NCBI GenBank assembly: GCA_964394685.1
Contig: CAYMYO010000001.1
Location: 64,040-128,039, forward strand
Reading direction: 5' to 3'
From: an uncultured Gammaproteobacteria bacterium
Lineage (GTDB): Bacteria; Patescibacteriota; Microgenomatia; UBA10105; UBA927
DNA length: 64,000 nt
The notes beneath the pieces were generated by a model. It was given only the letters and a program-made list of their open reading frames with translations. It did no database searches and was not told where the DNA came from. Below, in pieces: positions 31,346-41,894 of the stretch (positions are counted from its first letter, which is position 1; each line of letters starts with the position of its first letter). A program made the position numbers and the translations under genes.

Positions 31346-32328
31346 AACACCCAACTCTTTCAATAGTTGTTCCTGTATATAACGTAGAAGCGCTACTGGA
31401 TCGTTTTTTAACGTCACTTGCTAAGCAAACGATGTCAAAAGATCAGATAGAGGTTCTTATTCTTGACGGTGGATCTACAGATCGGACTCTGGAAATAGCA
31501 AAATCATACAACGTAACAGTTATTCATAATCCCCAAAAGTTAGCTGAGCCGGGAGTGGTATTGGGATTTCAGAAAGCAAATGGAGAGCTGGTGATGGTGC
31601 TTGCGGTAGACAATATTTTCCCTAAAACAACTGCTATTCAGGATTTGATTGATGTATTTAAGGATAAAAAGATCGCGGGAGCGTTTCCCAAACACGATAC
31701 TGCGAAAGACGATTCAATCTATTCTTTATATATAAATACCTTTACGGATCCATTTACGCATTTTGTCTATGGAAATGCCGCAAATGCCCGTACGTTCAAT
31801 CGAGTGTACAAAACCATACAACATACGGATTCGTATGATATATATAATTTTCAGTCTGCTTCAGGTTATCCGCTTATCGCTCTTGCACAAGGCTTTACTG
31901 TAAGAAAAAAATATATTCGGGATAGAATTCACGATGCGTTTGATGACGTGCTTGTTATCTATGACCTTATCAAGAAAAACAAATCGATTGCATACGTCCA
32001 TAGCGTATCGCTCTACCATTATACAATTCAGAATTTTCAAGATTTTGTACGAAAACAGCGTCGTGCAGTAGAAAACGCGTTTGTTCGAAATAATGCAGGT
32101 ATTACAAAGCGGACACAGTTCTTAACGCAAGGTCAAAAATTACGAAGATATCTTTTTTTTCCGTATAGCTTTACAATAATTTCGCCTCTGATACAATCCG
32201 TGATACAGACAGTTGAAACAGGAAATAGCATATGGCTGCTGCATCCGTATATGGTATTTCTATCGGCGGCAACATTGTTAACAGAAACTGTGATATTAAA
32301 ATTTAAAAAGTTAAAATTATTCAAATGA
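31342..32328 (+). CDS. GT2 glycosyltransferase with C-terminal hydrophobic segment
   Basis: VPVYN, DGGSTD; paralogue of 45107-46165. Confidence 0.8.
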   Translation: MKHPTLSIVVPVYNVEALLDRFLTSLAKQTMSKDQIEVLILDGGSTDRTLEIAKSYNVTVIHNPQKLAEPGVVLGFQKANGELVMVLAVDNIFPKTTAIQDLIDVFKDKKIAGAFPKHDTAKDDSIYSLYINTFTDPFTHFVYGNAANARTFNRVYKTIQHTDSYDIYNFQSASGYPLIALAQGFTVRKKYIRDRIHDAFDDVLVIYDLIKKNKSIAYVHSVSLYHYTIQNFQDFVRKQRRAVENAFVRNNAGITKRTQFLTQGQKLRRYLFFPYSFTIISPLIQSVIQTVETGNSIWLLHPYMVFLSAATLLTETVILKFKKLKLFK

Positions 32329-33500
32329 TTAAACTCATCAAATCGACATTTTTAAAAGAAAAAGAAACAAAAACGAAACTTTGTGCGTTTATCAAAAAAG
32401 CAGAAATGCTCAGTATTGGTTCTGAGTGTCGAAAATTTGAACATAATTTTTCTGCATATCAGGGGCGAAAGCATTGTGTGTTTGTGAATAGTGGTAGTAG
32501 CGCTAATCTTGCCGTCATTCAGGTACTTCTAAATCTCGGAAAAATCAAAAAAGGCGATGAGGTAGGATTTTCAGCGTTGACCTGGTCGACCAATGTCATG
32601 CCGCTTATTCAGTTGGGTCTTAAACCTATTCCTATCGATTGCGAACTTGATACGCTCAATGTTTCATCAAGAACATTACAAGATGTCTTAAAGAAACATC
32701 ATATTAAAATGTTATTCCTTACAAATCTTCTTGGATTTTGTGATGATATAGATAAAATTACACAAATATGTAAGAAAAATCACATTTTATTAATTGAGGA
32801 TAATTGTGAATCTTTGGGAACGGTGTACAAAGGAAAAAAATTAGGAAATTTTGGTTTGGCAAGTACATTTTCTTTTTATGTCGGTCACCATATGTCGACG
32901 ATTGAAGGTGGAGCAGTGTTGACAAATGATACGGAGTTTGAAACCATGCTTCAGTTTGTACGTGCGCACGGGTGGGATAGAAATCTTACTGAGGATAAAC
33001 AATTAAAAATTCGCATAAAACACAATGTCAACGAAACTTTTTATAACCGGTATACCTTTTATGATTTGGGATATAACCTTCGTACTACGGAAATTCAAGG
33101 ATTCATTGGAAATACGCAGATACCGTATTTACCTGAAATAATCAGAAAAAGGGAGAAAAATTTTAAGCGGCTTGCAAAATCTATTTATGTCAATACGAAC
33201 AAATATTACCCGATCCGATACGACCATATTGATATCGTGTCAAATTTTGCAGTTCCTATTATTTGTCGTAGGCAAACAATTCGTGATGAACTTGTAAAAA
33301 AATGTGACGGAATTGTTGAAATCCGACCAATTGTTGGCGGTGATATGACCAAACAGCCGTTTTATGCAAAATATGTCAATGGAACTCACGAGCACAGCGT
33401 GACCAACGCAAGTATAGCTCACGATCAGGGTCTATATTTCGGCAATAATCCAGAACTCACAGAAAAAGAAATCCAGAAATTAATTTCAATATTTTCATGA
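32325..33500 (+). CDS. DegT-family PLP enzyme with His at the catalytic Lys position (ColD-like GDP-4-keto-6-deoxymannose 3-dehydratase)
   Basis: NSGSSANL, EDNCES, FSFYVGHHMSTIEGG, RAHGW. Confidence 0.8.
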   Translation: MIKLIKSTFLKEKETKTKLCAFIKKAEMLSIGSECRKFEHNFSAYQGRKHCVFVNSGSSANLAVIQVLLNLGKIKKGDEVGFSALTWSTNVMPLIQLGLKPIPIDCELDTLNVSSRTLQDVLKKHHIKMLFLTNLLGFCDDIDKITQICKKNHILLIEDNCESLGTVYKGKKLGNFGLASTFSFYVGHHMSTIEGGAVLTNDTEFETMLQFVRAHGWDRNLTEDKQLKIRIKHNVNETFYNRYTFYDLGYNLRTTEIQGFIGNTQIPYLPEIIRKREKNFKRLAKSIYVNTNKYYPIRYDHIDIVSNFAVPIICRRQTIRDELVKKCDGIVEIRPIVGGDMTKQPFYAKYVNGTHEHSVTNASIAHDQGLYFGNNPELTEKEIQKLISIFS

Positions 33501-34513
33501 AGCTTATTTCGATTATAATTGTTAATTGGAACGGTCTAAAATGGCTTTCTGATTGTTTTAGAACTATCTACGAGCAGGATCACGGCAGGTTTGAAATCAT
33601 TTTTGTTGATAATGCCTCTAAAGATAAATCTGTAGCGTGGGTGAAAGAACATTATCCAAAAACGAAAATATTAGTGAACAAGAAAAATCTTGGATTTGCT
33701 GATGCGAATAACGTTGGATATAGAAAAGCAAAGGGGAAGTATGTGCTGTTTCTAAATAACGATACAAGAGTAACGAAAACATTTCTGTCCGAGTTAGTTG
33801 ATGTTTTAGAACGTGATAAAACAATTGGAGGAGTTCAGAGTAAAATGTTGCTTATGGATCATCCGGATACGCACGATAGCGTCGGCGCGTTTCTTACGCC
33901 AACCGGATTTTTGTATCATTATGGGTTTGGTAGAAAAGATATTTCAAAATACAACAAAGAAATTGAACTATTCACAGCAAAAGGCGCGTGTATGATGTTT
34001 CGAAAAGATGTATTAGATGCGGTTGCAATATGTGGTGATATTTTCGATCCTGATTATTTTGCCTATTTTGAGGAATCTGATTTATGTCATCGGGTATGGC
34101 TTACAGGATACAGAATTGTATATGCCTATAGGTCGGTTATATATCACAAAATGGGTGCCACAAGCAGCAGCATGAATAATGCTTTTATTCAGTATCATTC
34201 ATTCAAAAATAGAATTCGGACATATATAAAGAATTTTGGAATTGTCCATCTCATGTTGATTTTGCCCGTTCATTTGTTGCTCTGTGAAGGCTTTTCAGCG
34301 TACTCTTTAATAAAAGGTCAATTTCAATTATTCTTTGCTATACAAAAGGCATTTTGGTGGAATATAGTGCATTTGGGAAAAACGATACAATTAAGACATA
34401 TTGTTCAAACGAAAATACGGAAAACGAGCGATAACGATTTGGCAAGAAAAATTGTATATAAGCCGTCACTATCGTATTATGTAGGTTTAGTGCGAGGTCG
34501 GATATATGAATAA
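33497..34513 (+). CDS. GT2 glycosyltransferase (WbbL-like)
   Basis: IVNWNG, DNAS.D, FLNND, YFEESDLC.R. Confidence 0.85.
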   Translation: MKLISIIIVNWNGLKWLSDCFRTIYEQDHGRFEIIFVDNASKDKSVAWVKEHYPKTKILVNKKNLGFADANNVGYRKAKGKYVLFLNNDTRVTKTFLSELVDVLERDKTIGGVQSKMLLMDHPDTHDSVGAFLTPTGFLYHYGFGRKDISKYNKEIELFTAKGACMMFRKDVLDAVAICGDIFDPDYFAYFEESDLCHRVWLTGYRIVYAYRSVIYHKMGATSSSMNNAFIQYHSFKNRIRTYIKNFGIVHLMLILPVHLLLCEGFSAYSLIKGQFQLFFAIQKAFWWNIVHLGKTIQLRHIVQTKIRKTSDNDLARKIVYKPSLSYYVGLVRGRIYE

Positions 34514-35300
34514 AACTAATAAATCAAATGACCTATCAATTCTTTTTCTTTCCTGCGACAAATATCAGGATTTATGGAAACCACTTTTTTATTGTGTCAA
34601 TAAATATTTTAATCAGAAAAAATATCCAATGTATCTCGGAAGCAATACAAAATCATATAAAGATAAAAACGTGACAACTTTACTTTCAGGACCGGATAAA
34701 GATTGGTCAACGAGTCTTCTTAATATTTTAGATCAAATACATACCCCATATATTTTTTTATGGCTTGACGATATGTTTCCGATAAAAAAGATCAACGTAA
34801 GTCGTTTTACGGACACGCTTGAATTTATGAAAAGTAAAAGGGCGGTGCATATTCATGCAGAGGCAACACCTGCACCGGATAAGATTCTTTCAAACGGTAC
34901 ATTCGGAGAATACAAAAAGGGCGCTCCATATCGAGCAACAGCGATGGGTTTTTGGAATGTACCAGCATTAAAAAAACTTCTTATTCCCGGCGAAAACCCG
35001 TGGAATTTTGAAATTATGGGATCATACAGAACTTCATATATGGACGGATTTTATTGTGCTATGAAGCCTGTTTTTTTGAAGATGAATGTCGTTGAGAAAG
35101 GAAAAATATTTAACGATGCCTATAGATATTGCAAAAAGCATAACATACCGCTTAATACGTCAAAACGTGAAGTCATTAGAAATACGCATTTTGTCAAAAG
35201 TGAACTGCAAAAATTGATGTTTAACACAGTGAAAAAAATTCCTTGGAAATTCAGAGTGTCAGTTATGAATGTGTTGCGAAAGATCGTGATAAGTTATTAG
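34506..35300 (+). CDS. Hypothetical protein, possible GT-A glycosyltransferase
   Basis: LSCDKY.DLW, WLDD acidic motif, PWNFE; operon context. Confidence 0.55.
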   Translation: MNKTNKSNDLSILFLSCDKYQDLWKPLFYCVNKYFNQKKYPMYLGSNTKSYKDKNVTTLLSGPDKDWSTSLLNILDQIHTPYIFLWLDDMFPIKKINVSRFTDTLEFMKSKRAVHIHAEATPAPDKILSNGTFGEYKKGAPYRATAMGFWNVPALKKLLIPGENPWNFEIMGSYRTSYMDGFYCAMKPVFLKMNVVEKGKIFNDAYRYCKKHNIPLNTSKREVIRNTHFVKSELQKLMFNTVKKIPWKFRVSVMNVLRKIVISY

Positions 35301-35320
35301 ATACGATATACTATATGAAT

Positions 35321-36313
35321 ATGAATTCATTTTGGAAAAATAAAAAAGTGCTTGTCACCGGCGGATCCGGATTTATCGGAAGCCATGTTGTAGAAAAGCT
35401 TGTAAGAATGGGAGCCAAGGTTAAGATATTGGATAGAATTTCAAATGGAAAATTGAAATATATTGAATATTTGAAAAGGGATATTGAAATAATCCATGGG
35501 GAATGCGTGGATCCGGATGCTTCTGTAAAAGCCTGTAATTCAATGGATGTCGTTATGAATTTGGCTGCTCATGTCGGAGGGATTGAATACAACAGGACAC
35601 ACCAGGCAACCATGCTGCATGACAATATAGTGATAGCAACATCGATGATAGAAGCTGCAAGAAAAGCAAAAGTCGAGCGATTTTTGGTTGTTTCATCAGC
35701 GTGTGTGTATCCGCATGATGCAATTGTGCCAACACCTGAATCGGAAGGAGTACGCGGTGAACCAGAACCAACAAACAGCGGGTATGGTTGGGCAAAACGG
35801 TATGCGGAACTCCTCGGTAAATTATATTCGGAAGAGTATGGTATGAAAGTTGGAATTGTGAGACCGTATAACGCCTACGGACCACGTGATCATTTTTCTC
35901 CAGAATCATCCCATGTTATACCGGCCCTCATTAAGCGGGTGATGGACGGAGAAAATCCGATTACAGTTTGGGGAAGCGGGAAACAAACGCGTGCGTTTCT
36001 TTATGTGGAAGATTTTACTGATGGTTTGATACAGGCTATCGAAGAATATCCTGTCCCGGATCCGATAAATATCGGAACCGATGAGGAGATATCAATTGGT
36101 GATTTAATAAAAATGATTATTAAAATCAGTGGAAAAAATTCTGATATACAATTCGATATAACCAAGCCTGATGGAAGTCCCAGACGAAATAGTGATAACA
36201 CAAAGGCAAAAGAAAAAACCGGATTTACTGCAAAGACGTCTCTTGCTGAAGGGTTACATAAAACAATCGAGTGGTATGCAAAAGAATATTTAGCTAATAG
36301 AAACACTACTTAA
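35321..36313 (+). CDS. NAD-dependent epimerase/reductase (GDP-fucose synthase/ColC/GME-like)
   Basis: TGGSGFIG, NLAAHVGGI, SSACVYP, YGWAK, HVIPALI; TATACT 8 nt upstream of ATG 35321. Confidence 0.85.
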   Translation: MNSFWKNKKVLVTGGSGFIGSHVVEKLVRMGAKVKILDRISNGKLKYIEYLKRDIEIIHGECVDPDASVKACNSMDVVMNLAAHVGGIEYNRTHQATMLHDNIVIATSMIEAARKAKVERFLVVSSACVYPHDAIVPTPESEGVRGEPEPTNSGYGWAKRYAELLGKLYSEEYGMKVGIVRPYNAYGPRDHFSPESSHVIPALIKRVMDGENPITVWGSGKQTRAFLYVEDFTDGLIQAIEEYPVPDPINIGTDEEISIGDLIKMIIKISGKNSDIQFDITKPDGSPRRNSDNTKAKEKTGFTAKTSLAEGLHKTIEWYAKEYLANRNTT

Positions 36314-38105
36314 TCTTTTTGTGAAGTAGATATGGGCCAAGGGCTAAATATTGTAACCCTGAATGTTCAAAAGCATAGAGAGCTTCTTTCGGGCCGAGGA
36401 CTACCGGATATCCATGTAGATTAAAAGATGTATTTAATACACCTCCTATACCTGTAATATTTTCAAATTCTTTAATAATTTTATAGTAAGTAGGATTCCA
36501 TGATTTTTCAATAAATTGTGGTCGCAACGTAAAGTCATATGGGTGCATAGCTGCGCGTAATTCTTTTATTGCCAGCTCAGTCGGGTCAAAACAGATGATC
36601 ATATATGGAGCTTCAATATGTTTTGGAATAATACAATAATCACGTGCTCTTTCACGTAATATCGAAGGTGCAAAAGGCATCCAGAAGTCCCTTTGCTTCA
36701 TTTGATCATTAATGATTTTAACAATATCTGTGTTTTGAGGATTGGCCAGGATGGATCTATTACCTAATGCTCTTGCCCCCCACTCCATTCGTCCAGAACA
36801 TCTTGCTACAACTTGACCTTTTGCCAGAAGTTTGGCGATTTGTTTTTCGATATTATTCGATTTTGTTATGGTGTATTTTTTCTTAATTTGTGCATCCGAA
36901 AGGTTATTAAATATTTCTTTATCTGAATATGCTGGGCCTAAATAAAGATTTTGTAGAGGTTTTACATATGGATAACCATATTTTGACTTAGTTACTTGTA
37001 AGTATGTAAGATAACACGATCCTATAACTAATGATTCATCTCCTGCACTAGGCATAAAAAATGCTTTTGATACACTCTTTAAATGCAAAATTTTATAATT
37101 GGCTTTCACGTTCATGAAAACTCCACCAGAGAAAATGAGTGTATGTAATCGTGTCTGTTTAGTGACATATGATACCCACTCGAGAATTCTTTCCTCAACT
37201 AATTTTTGAAAAGCTCCTGCCAATATATCAAATCGTACAAACGTCATTGATCGTTTTAAAAAGTAGAGAGTGTCTTGAGTATTGAATTTTGCATAAAAAC
37301 GGTATTTATTTTTTGGATCTAACGTAAGGATATCTTTTATTTTGTCATATAGTTTATCTACATCCTTCTCTTTAGCATACGGAGCAAGTCCCATAACCTT
37401 ATATTCATGCTCACCCGGTTTCATACCTAAAAATCTTGTGACATCATGATATATCCATCCAAGTGAGTTTTCTCTTGAAGTGGAAGCTATTCTCTGAAAG
37501 TGGTCTTTGTGAAATATGCTTACCGTGGAACATACGTTATCACCTTCTGCATCGAGCGTTAGCACAACTGACTTTTCTTGATTAAAAGGTGAACTATAAT
37601 AAGAGGCGGCAGCGTGAGATAGATGGTGTCCCGTGGTTACAATTTTATTAATTGGAACATGAAGATAGGAAGCGATATATTGTCTCTCTTTTTTTAGAAG
37701 ATATGCTCCGTACGTTTTGGTGGCAAGGTAGTAAAAAAAGGTACCTACCGGTCTTATTTTGGGAAATTTGTAGACCAGTCGACCCCACGAAGTTCTTATA
37801 CTGCTAACAAAGTTATAAAAGATATTCAGAATATGTACAGTAATTTCTTTTTTTGTTCCCTCAGAAAGACCTATAGGTGAACCAAATGATGAGGGTAGAG
37901 TGATAAAGTCCAAATCCTCAGTTGTAATTTTTGCATATTCAAGACACCACGCAATACTTTTTTGTGGTAGTCCCATATGGTTCTTTATTCCTGAGAAGCG
38001 TTCCTCACTAACACATGCAATTATCTCACCATTTTTAAGAATACAGGCCGTGGCATTATGACCGGTATGAATTCCTAAAATATGTATGTTTTTTGTTGTC
38101 AACAT
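36306..38105 (-). CDS. O-carbamoyltransferase (NodU/CmcH/TobZ family)
   Basis: EERFS..K, HHLSHA, EYKVMGLAPY, GG..MNVKAN, GRMEWGARALGNRSIL, LNTSFNLHG; start could be further upstream (to 38141). Confidence 0.9.
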   Translation of the reverse strand: MLTTKNIHILGIHTGHNATACILKNGEIIACVSEERFSGIKNHMGLPQKSIAWCLEYAKITTEDLDFITLPSSFGSPIGLSEGTKKEITVHILNIFYNFVSSIRTSWGRLVYKFPKIRPVGTFFYYLATKTYGAYLLKKERQYIASYLHVPINKIVTTGHHLSHAAASYYSSPFNQEKSVVLTLDAEGDNVCSTVSIFHKDHFQRIASTSRENSLGWIYHDVTRFLGMKPGEHEYKVMGLAPYAKEKDVDKLYDKIKDILTLDPKNKYRFYAKFNTQDTLYFLKRSMTFVRFDILAGAFQKLVEERILEWVSYVTKQTRLHTLIFSGGVFMNVKANYKILHLKSVSKAFFMPSAGDESLVIGSCYLTYLQVTKSKYGYPYVKPLQNLYLGPAYSDKEIFNNLSDAQIKKKYTITKSNNIEKQIAKLLAKGQVVARCSGRMEWGARALGNRSILANPQNTDIVKIINDQMKQRDFWMPFAPSILRERARDYCIIPKHIEAPYMIICFDPTELAIKELRAAMHPYDFTLRPQFIEKSWNPTYYKIIKEFENITGIGGVLNTSFNLHGYPVVLGPKEALYAFEHSGLQYLALGPYLLHKKIK

Positions 38106-38175
38106 AGTGCGCATTATCCCGAAAGTTAAAGGGTTTGTCAATTTTTTATCAAATTGTGATAAGATAAAATTTACT

Positions 38176-38967
38176 GTGTTTACAAAAGAAACAAAAGTAA
38201 TTCGAATAGGCTCATCAAGCCTGTGTTATGCGATAATACCGTGGGATAGCGAATATTTACATAACACAACAATTGAAATTGAAAATTTTTCTGTCTCTTC
38301 TTTGGCAACTCTCAAAAAACTTGTTATTCAACTCAAACATTCACACAAACTAAAAAAAGGCGATCTATTGGTTAGTAAAATTCCACTTGCAGATTATGAG
38401 AAAATTAACACGCTTGATAATGTTGGGTTTTATTACATAGAACAAACAACTACTCTAGATATAGATTTATCAGCATGGAATGCAAGTTCGTTTATTTTTT
38501 CAAACAGTGACGAATACAAATTAATTCCAGCGGACCTATCTGATAAAAAGGAGATACGAGATATTGCAAAATCTATATTTACTGCTGACCGTTTTCATTT
38601 AGATGCACATATTCCAAAAGCAAGAGCGGATTATCGGTTTGAGATGTGGATAGAGAACTCTTTTCATAATTCAGACATTGTATATAAGTTTATTGATAAA
38701 AGAGGAATTATTATTGGATTTTTTATTGTCAATGAACAGAAGGAGTACGCTGAATTCCGTTTGGCCGGGTTACATTCTTTATACAAAGGTAAAGGCTTAG
38801 GGAAAATACTATATCATCATATGTATCAAATACTGAAAGTAAAAAAATTTAAATCGATAACTTCTGTTATTTCACTAAATAATATTCAAGTGCTTAATGT
38901 ATATATGTATTTAACTCACGCAAAATTTACACAGCCTTTAATTGTTATGCATAATGTGCTGTTATAA
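38176..38967 (+). CDS. GNAT N-acyltransferase, WecD (TDP-fucosamine acyltransferase)-like
   Basis: PWDSE, DRFHLD...RFEMWIEN, YKGKGLGK acyl-CoA motif; in-frame GTG 5 nt after TAAAAT. Confidence 0.7.
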   Translation: MFTKETKVIRIGSSSLCYAIIPWDSEYLHNTTIEIENFSVSSLATLKKLVIQLKHSHKLKKGDLLVSKIPLADYEKINTLDNVGFYYIEQTTTLDIDLSAWNASSFIFSNSDEYKLIPADLSDKKEIRDIAKSIFTADRFHLDAHIPKARADYRFEMWIENSFHNSDIVYKFIDKRGIIIGFFIVNEQKEYAEFRLAGLHSLYKGKGLGKILYHHMYQILKVKKFKSITSVISLNNIQVLNVYMYLTHAKFTQPLIVMHNVLL

Positions 38968-38973
38968 CCAGTG

Positions 38974-39948
38974 TTATTTTTGAGCCTGAACATATACCCA
39001 TTCCGTAGTAAATGAGGTGTTATCTGCAAGCGGATTTTTTTCTTTTAACTCATCAAAAAGCATATGTGAGGCCTGTATAATTATTTTATCTCTATCGCGT
39101 TCTTCTTCTGTAGTTGGATCTTTTCCCCCAATTTCCGGTAATATACCTGCCTGCAAACGTCTGACTCTTAAAAAGGATAGCCAATCTATATATAAAACTT
39201 TTATTTGTTTATAACTACTCTGTATATTTCTAAAACCGTTATCTTTTAGCGCATCTAGATAGTATCCGATTGGTCTTGGATCAGGAAAGACAAATTTTCT
39301 TTGTGAAAGTCCTTCCTGTAATCTTATAGTAATCCCTTTTTTATATTGTCTGTATTTTTTATCTGTTTTGATTATGGATATGCCAAAATCATGTACCCGA
39401 TGGACCGAATCATCAATCATTAAGAGATCTTTCTTTCTGTCTTTTCGTTTAATATTTCCGCTTTGAAATGTAAATATCCCTTCAGGTTTGAGTGCGCGAT
39501 AGATGCCCGCGAATGTCTCTGATATATTTGGAATGAGGTGTACTGTATTGGCGGCAATAACATGATGTGCTGTTTGTTCCCCAATGATTTCATCAAGTGT
39601 TTTATATCGTCCCTGATTTTTTTCTAATAACAAACAGGTAACTTGAGGATTTGTATGAAACAAGCCGTAAGCGTTACCTAGCCAAGATGGAGAATTATCA
39701 ACAAGAAATAGCGAAAATTTTTGAGTCATGTGCTGAAGAAGATATTCTGCTGAACTTCCTGTTCCTGCACCAAAATCAACAACGACATCATCAACCTTGA
39801 CCATTTTTTTAATCAGTCGGATTATTTCATAAATATTATCTATGTGCCAAGACGCTTTGATAACTGCGGCGTGGTACGCTAACGCACCTGAAGACGTTGG
39901 TTTACTTGGCTTCCAAGATGTGTATAAATGCGGTGATTGCTTTCTCAT
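38974..39948 (-). CDS. Class I SAM-dependent methyltransferase
   Basis: VVDFGAGTG, VDNS, RALKPEG motifs. Confidence 0.8.
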   Translation of the reverse strand: MRKQSPHLYTSWKPSKPTSSGALAYHAAVIKASWHIDNIYEIIRLIKKMVKVDDVVVDFGAGTGSSAEYLLQHMTQKFSLFLVDNSPSWLGNAYGLFHTNPQVTCLLLEKNQGRYKTLDEIIGEQTAHHVIAANTVHLIPNISETFAGIYRALKPEGIFTFQSGNIKRKDRKKDLLMIDDSVHRVHDFGISIIKTDKKYRQYKKGITIRLQEGLSQRKFVFPDPRPIGYYLDALKDNGFRNIQSSYKQIKVLYIDWLSFLRVRRLQAGILPEIGGKDPTTEEERDRDKIIIQASHMLFDELKEKNPLADNTSFTTEWVYVQAQK

Positions 39949-39972
39949 GGTATCTATACTATATTTTACACA

Positions 39973-41154
39973 ATGAAAGACCCCGTGTACATCATTGATG
40001 CAAAACGAACTCCGATAGGAAAATATGGTGGTAGCCTTATTGATGTGTCTGCAACAGAATTGGCGTCGATTATTATTAAAGCATTATTAACAACAAATCC
40101 ATCTGTAACCAATTATGTAAATGAGGTGATTTTGGGAAATGTGCTTTCAGCGGGACTTGGACAAAACCCAGCCAGAATAGCTGCGTATACAAGCGGAATT
40201 GACAAGAAAGTCCCTTCGTGTACGGTTAATAAAATTTGCGGTTCTTCACTAAAAAGTATCATTATGGGTTTGCAATCCATATTAATAGATGATTCGCAAG
40301 TAATTATTGCAGGTGGTATGGAAAATATGAGTCGTTGTCCGTATCTATTAGATAATTACCGTTTCGGAGCAAAAATTGGGCATCAAACAGTGCGGGATGC
40401 GATGATCTATGATGGATTATTTTGCAGTCTTATCGGAGAACCTATGGGATTAACTGCTGAACATATTGCTAAAAAATATAAAATTACTAGAAAAGAACAA
40501 GATACGTATGCAGTGAATAGTCATTCAAAAGCACTAAAGGCCATTACTGATAATTCATTTTCAAAACAAATTATTCCGGTTCCCATAACAAAAGGAAAAA
40601 CCACCTTGATGTTTTCTGTCGATGAACAACCGAGGAAAGAGACAAGCTTGGAAAAACTTTCTCAACTCCGACCAGGATTCCTTGTTAAAGGTACCATCAC
40701 CGCAGGAAATGCGTGTTCACTGAATGATGGCGCAGCAGCAGTTGTTTTAACCTCTGCAGATTTTGCACACAAACATCGTATTAAACCAATGGCAAAAATA
40801 GTTCAATATGCCTCTATTGGGCTTGATCCCAAATTTATGGGACTTGGGGGATATTATGCGGCAAAACTGTGCTTGGCTAAAGCAAAATTGACAACAAAAA
40901 ATATAGATCTTTGGGAAATAAATGAGGCGTTTGCATGTCAAAGCATTGCAGTTCAACAATTGCTTGATATTGATGAACGGATCATTAATGTTAATGGCGG
41001 AGCAATTGCATTAGGTCATCCAATTGGAGCAAGTGGAGCACGAATTTTAACAACGCTTCTTTATGAATTAAAAAAACAATCGAAACAATTTGGTATGGCA
41101 AGTTTGTGTATTGGTGGTGGCCAAGGAATTGCAATGTTGGTTGAGAACCTATGA
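39973..41154 (+). CDS. atoB: Acetyl-CoA C-acetyltransferase (biosynthetic thiolase, AtoB/PhaA-like)
   Basis: RTPIG, GQNPAR, NKICGS (Cys), NEAFA, GHPIGASG, CIGGGQG. Confidence 0.92.
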   Translation: MKDPVYIIDAKRTPIGKYGGSLIDVSATELASIIIKALLTTNPSVTNYVNEVILGNVLSAGLGQNPARIAAYTSGIDKKVPSCTVNKICGSSLKSIIMGLQSILIDDSQVIIAGGMENMSRCPYLLDNYRFGAKIGHQTVRDAMIYDGLFCSLIGEPMGLTAEHIAKKYKITRKEQDTYAVNSHSKALKAITDNSFSKQIIPVPITKGKTTLMFSVDEQPRKETSLEKLSQLRPGFLVKGTITAGNACSLNDGAAAVVLTSADFAHKHRIKPMAKIVQYASIGLDPKFMGLGGYYAAKLCLAKAKLTTKNIDLWEINEAFACQSIAVQQLLDIDERIINVNGGAIALGHPIGASGARILTTLLYELKKQSKQFGMASLCIGGGQGIAMLVENL

Positions 41155-41894
41155 AACGCTTTGAGGGTAAGATAGCATTGGTAACTGGCTCATCCCGAGG
41201 GCTTGGTAAAGCGATAGCCTTTGAGCTTGCGTCGTCAGGCGCAACGCTTATTCTTCATGCTACAAAAAAATCTTCAGTCGCGATAAGCACGTTTCATGAA
41301 ATACGGAAAATTTCCCCAAAAAGCAAATTATATTATGCAAATTTCATGCACCCTAAAAAAATTGTTGATATGGCTCGTAGTGTTCAAAAAGATTTTACAC
41401 ATATCGATATGTTAATAAATAACGCCGGTGTAATAAAAAGAAGCACGTTTCTCAATCTAACTGATAAAGATTGGGAGACTGTTATGAAAGTAAATATTTA
41501 TGGAATGTATCATATAACAAAGCAATTGTTACCAGCCATCATCCAACGTGGCAAAGGAAGAATAATAAATATGTCTTCCATATGCGGTCTGGTGGGTGAA
41601 TATGGATTGACGAGTTATTGTGCGTCAAAAGCAGCAATCATTGGTTTTACAAAGTCTCTTTCTAAAGAAGTAGCAAAATACGCCATAACAGTTAATGCGA
41701 TATGTCCGGGATTTACCGATGAAGGGATGTCAAATACTATGTCTAATAAAATATTAGAGCAAAGTATTCAATCCATACCTCTTCGTAGGATCGGAACAAA
41801 GGAAGAAGTCGCAAAACTTGTTGCTTTCCTATGTTCTGAAGATGCTGGATATATCACGGGTCAAGCGATTAATATAAATGGAGGTTTAATATGA
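41151..41894 (+). CDS. SDR 3-oxoacyl reductase (acetoacetyl-CoA reductase PhaB/FabG-like)
   Basis: TGSSRGLG, NNAG, YCASK, NAICPG, YITGQ.I.INGG; overlaps thiolase stop. Confidence 0.85.
   Translation: MKRFEGKIALVTGSSRGLGKAIAFELASSGATLILHATKKSSVAISTFHEIRKISPKSKLYYANFMHPKKIVDMARSVQKDFTHIDMLINNAGVIKRSTFLNLTDKDWETVMKVNIYGMYHITKQLLPAIIQRGKGRIINMSSICGLVGEYGLTSYCASKAAIIGFTKSLSKEVAKYAITVNAICPGFTDEGMSNTMSNKILEQSIQSIPLRRIGTKEEVAKLVAFLCSEDAGYITGQAININGGLI

Noticed and set aside
39973-41894. PHA storage operon (phaAB)
   Set aside because: No phaC, phasin or phaR nearby; the genes are coupled to sugar-pathway genes. It cannot be excluded genome-wide
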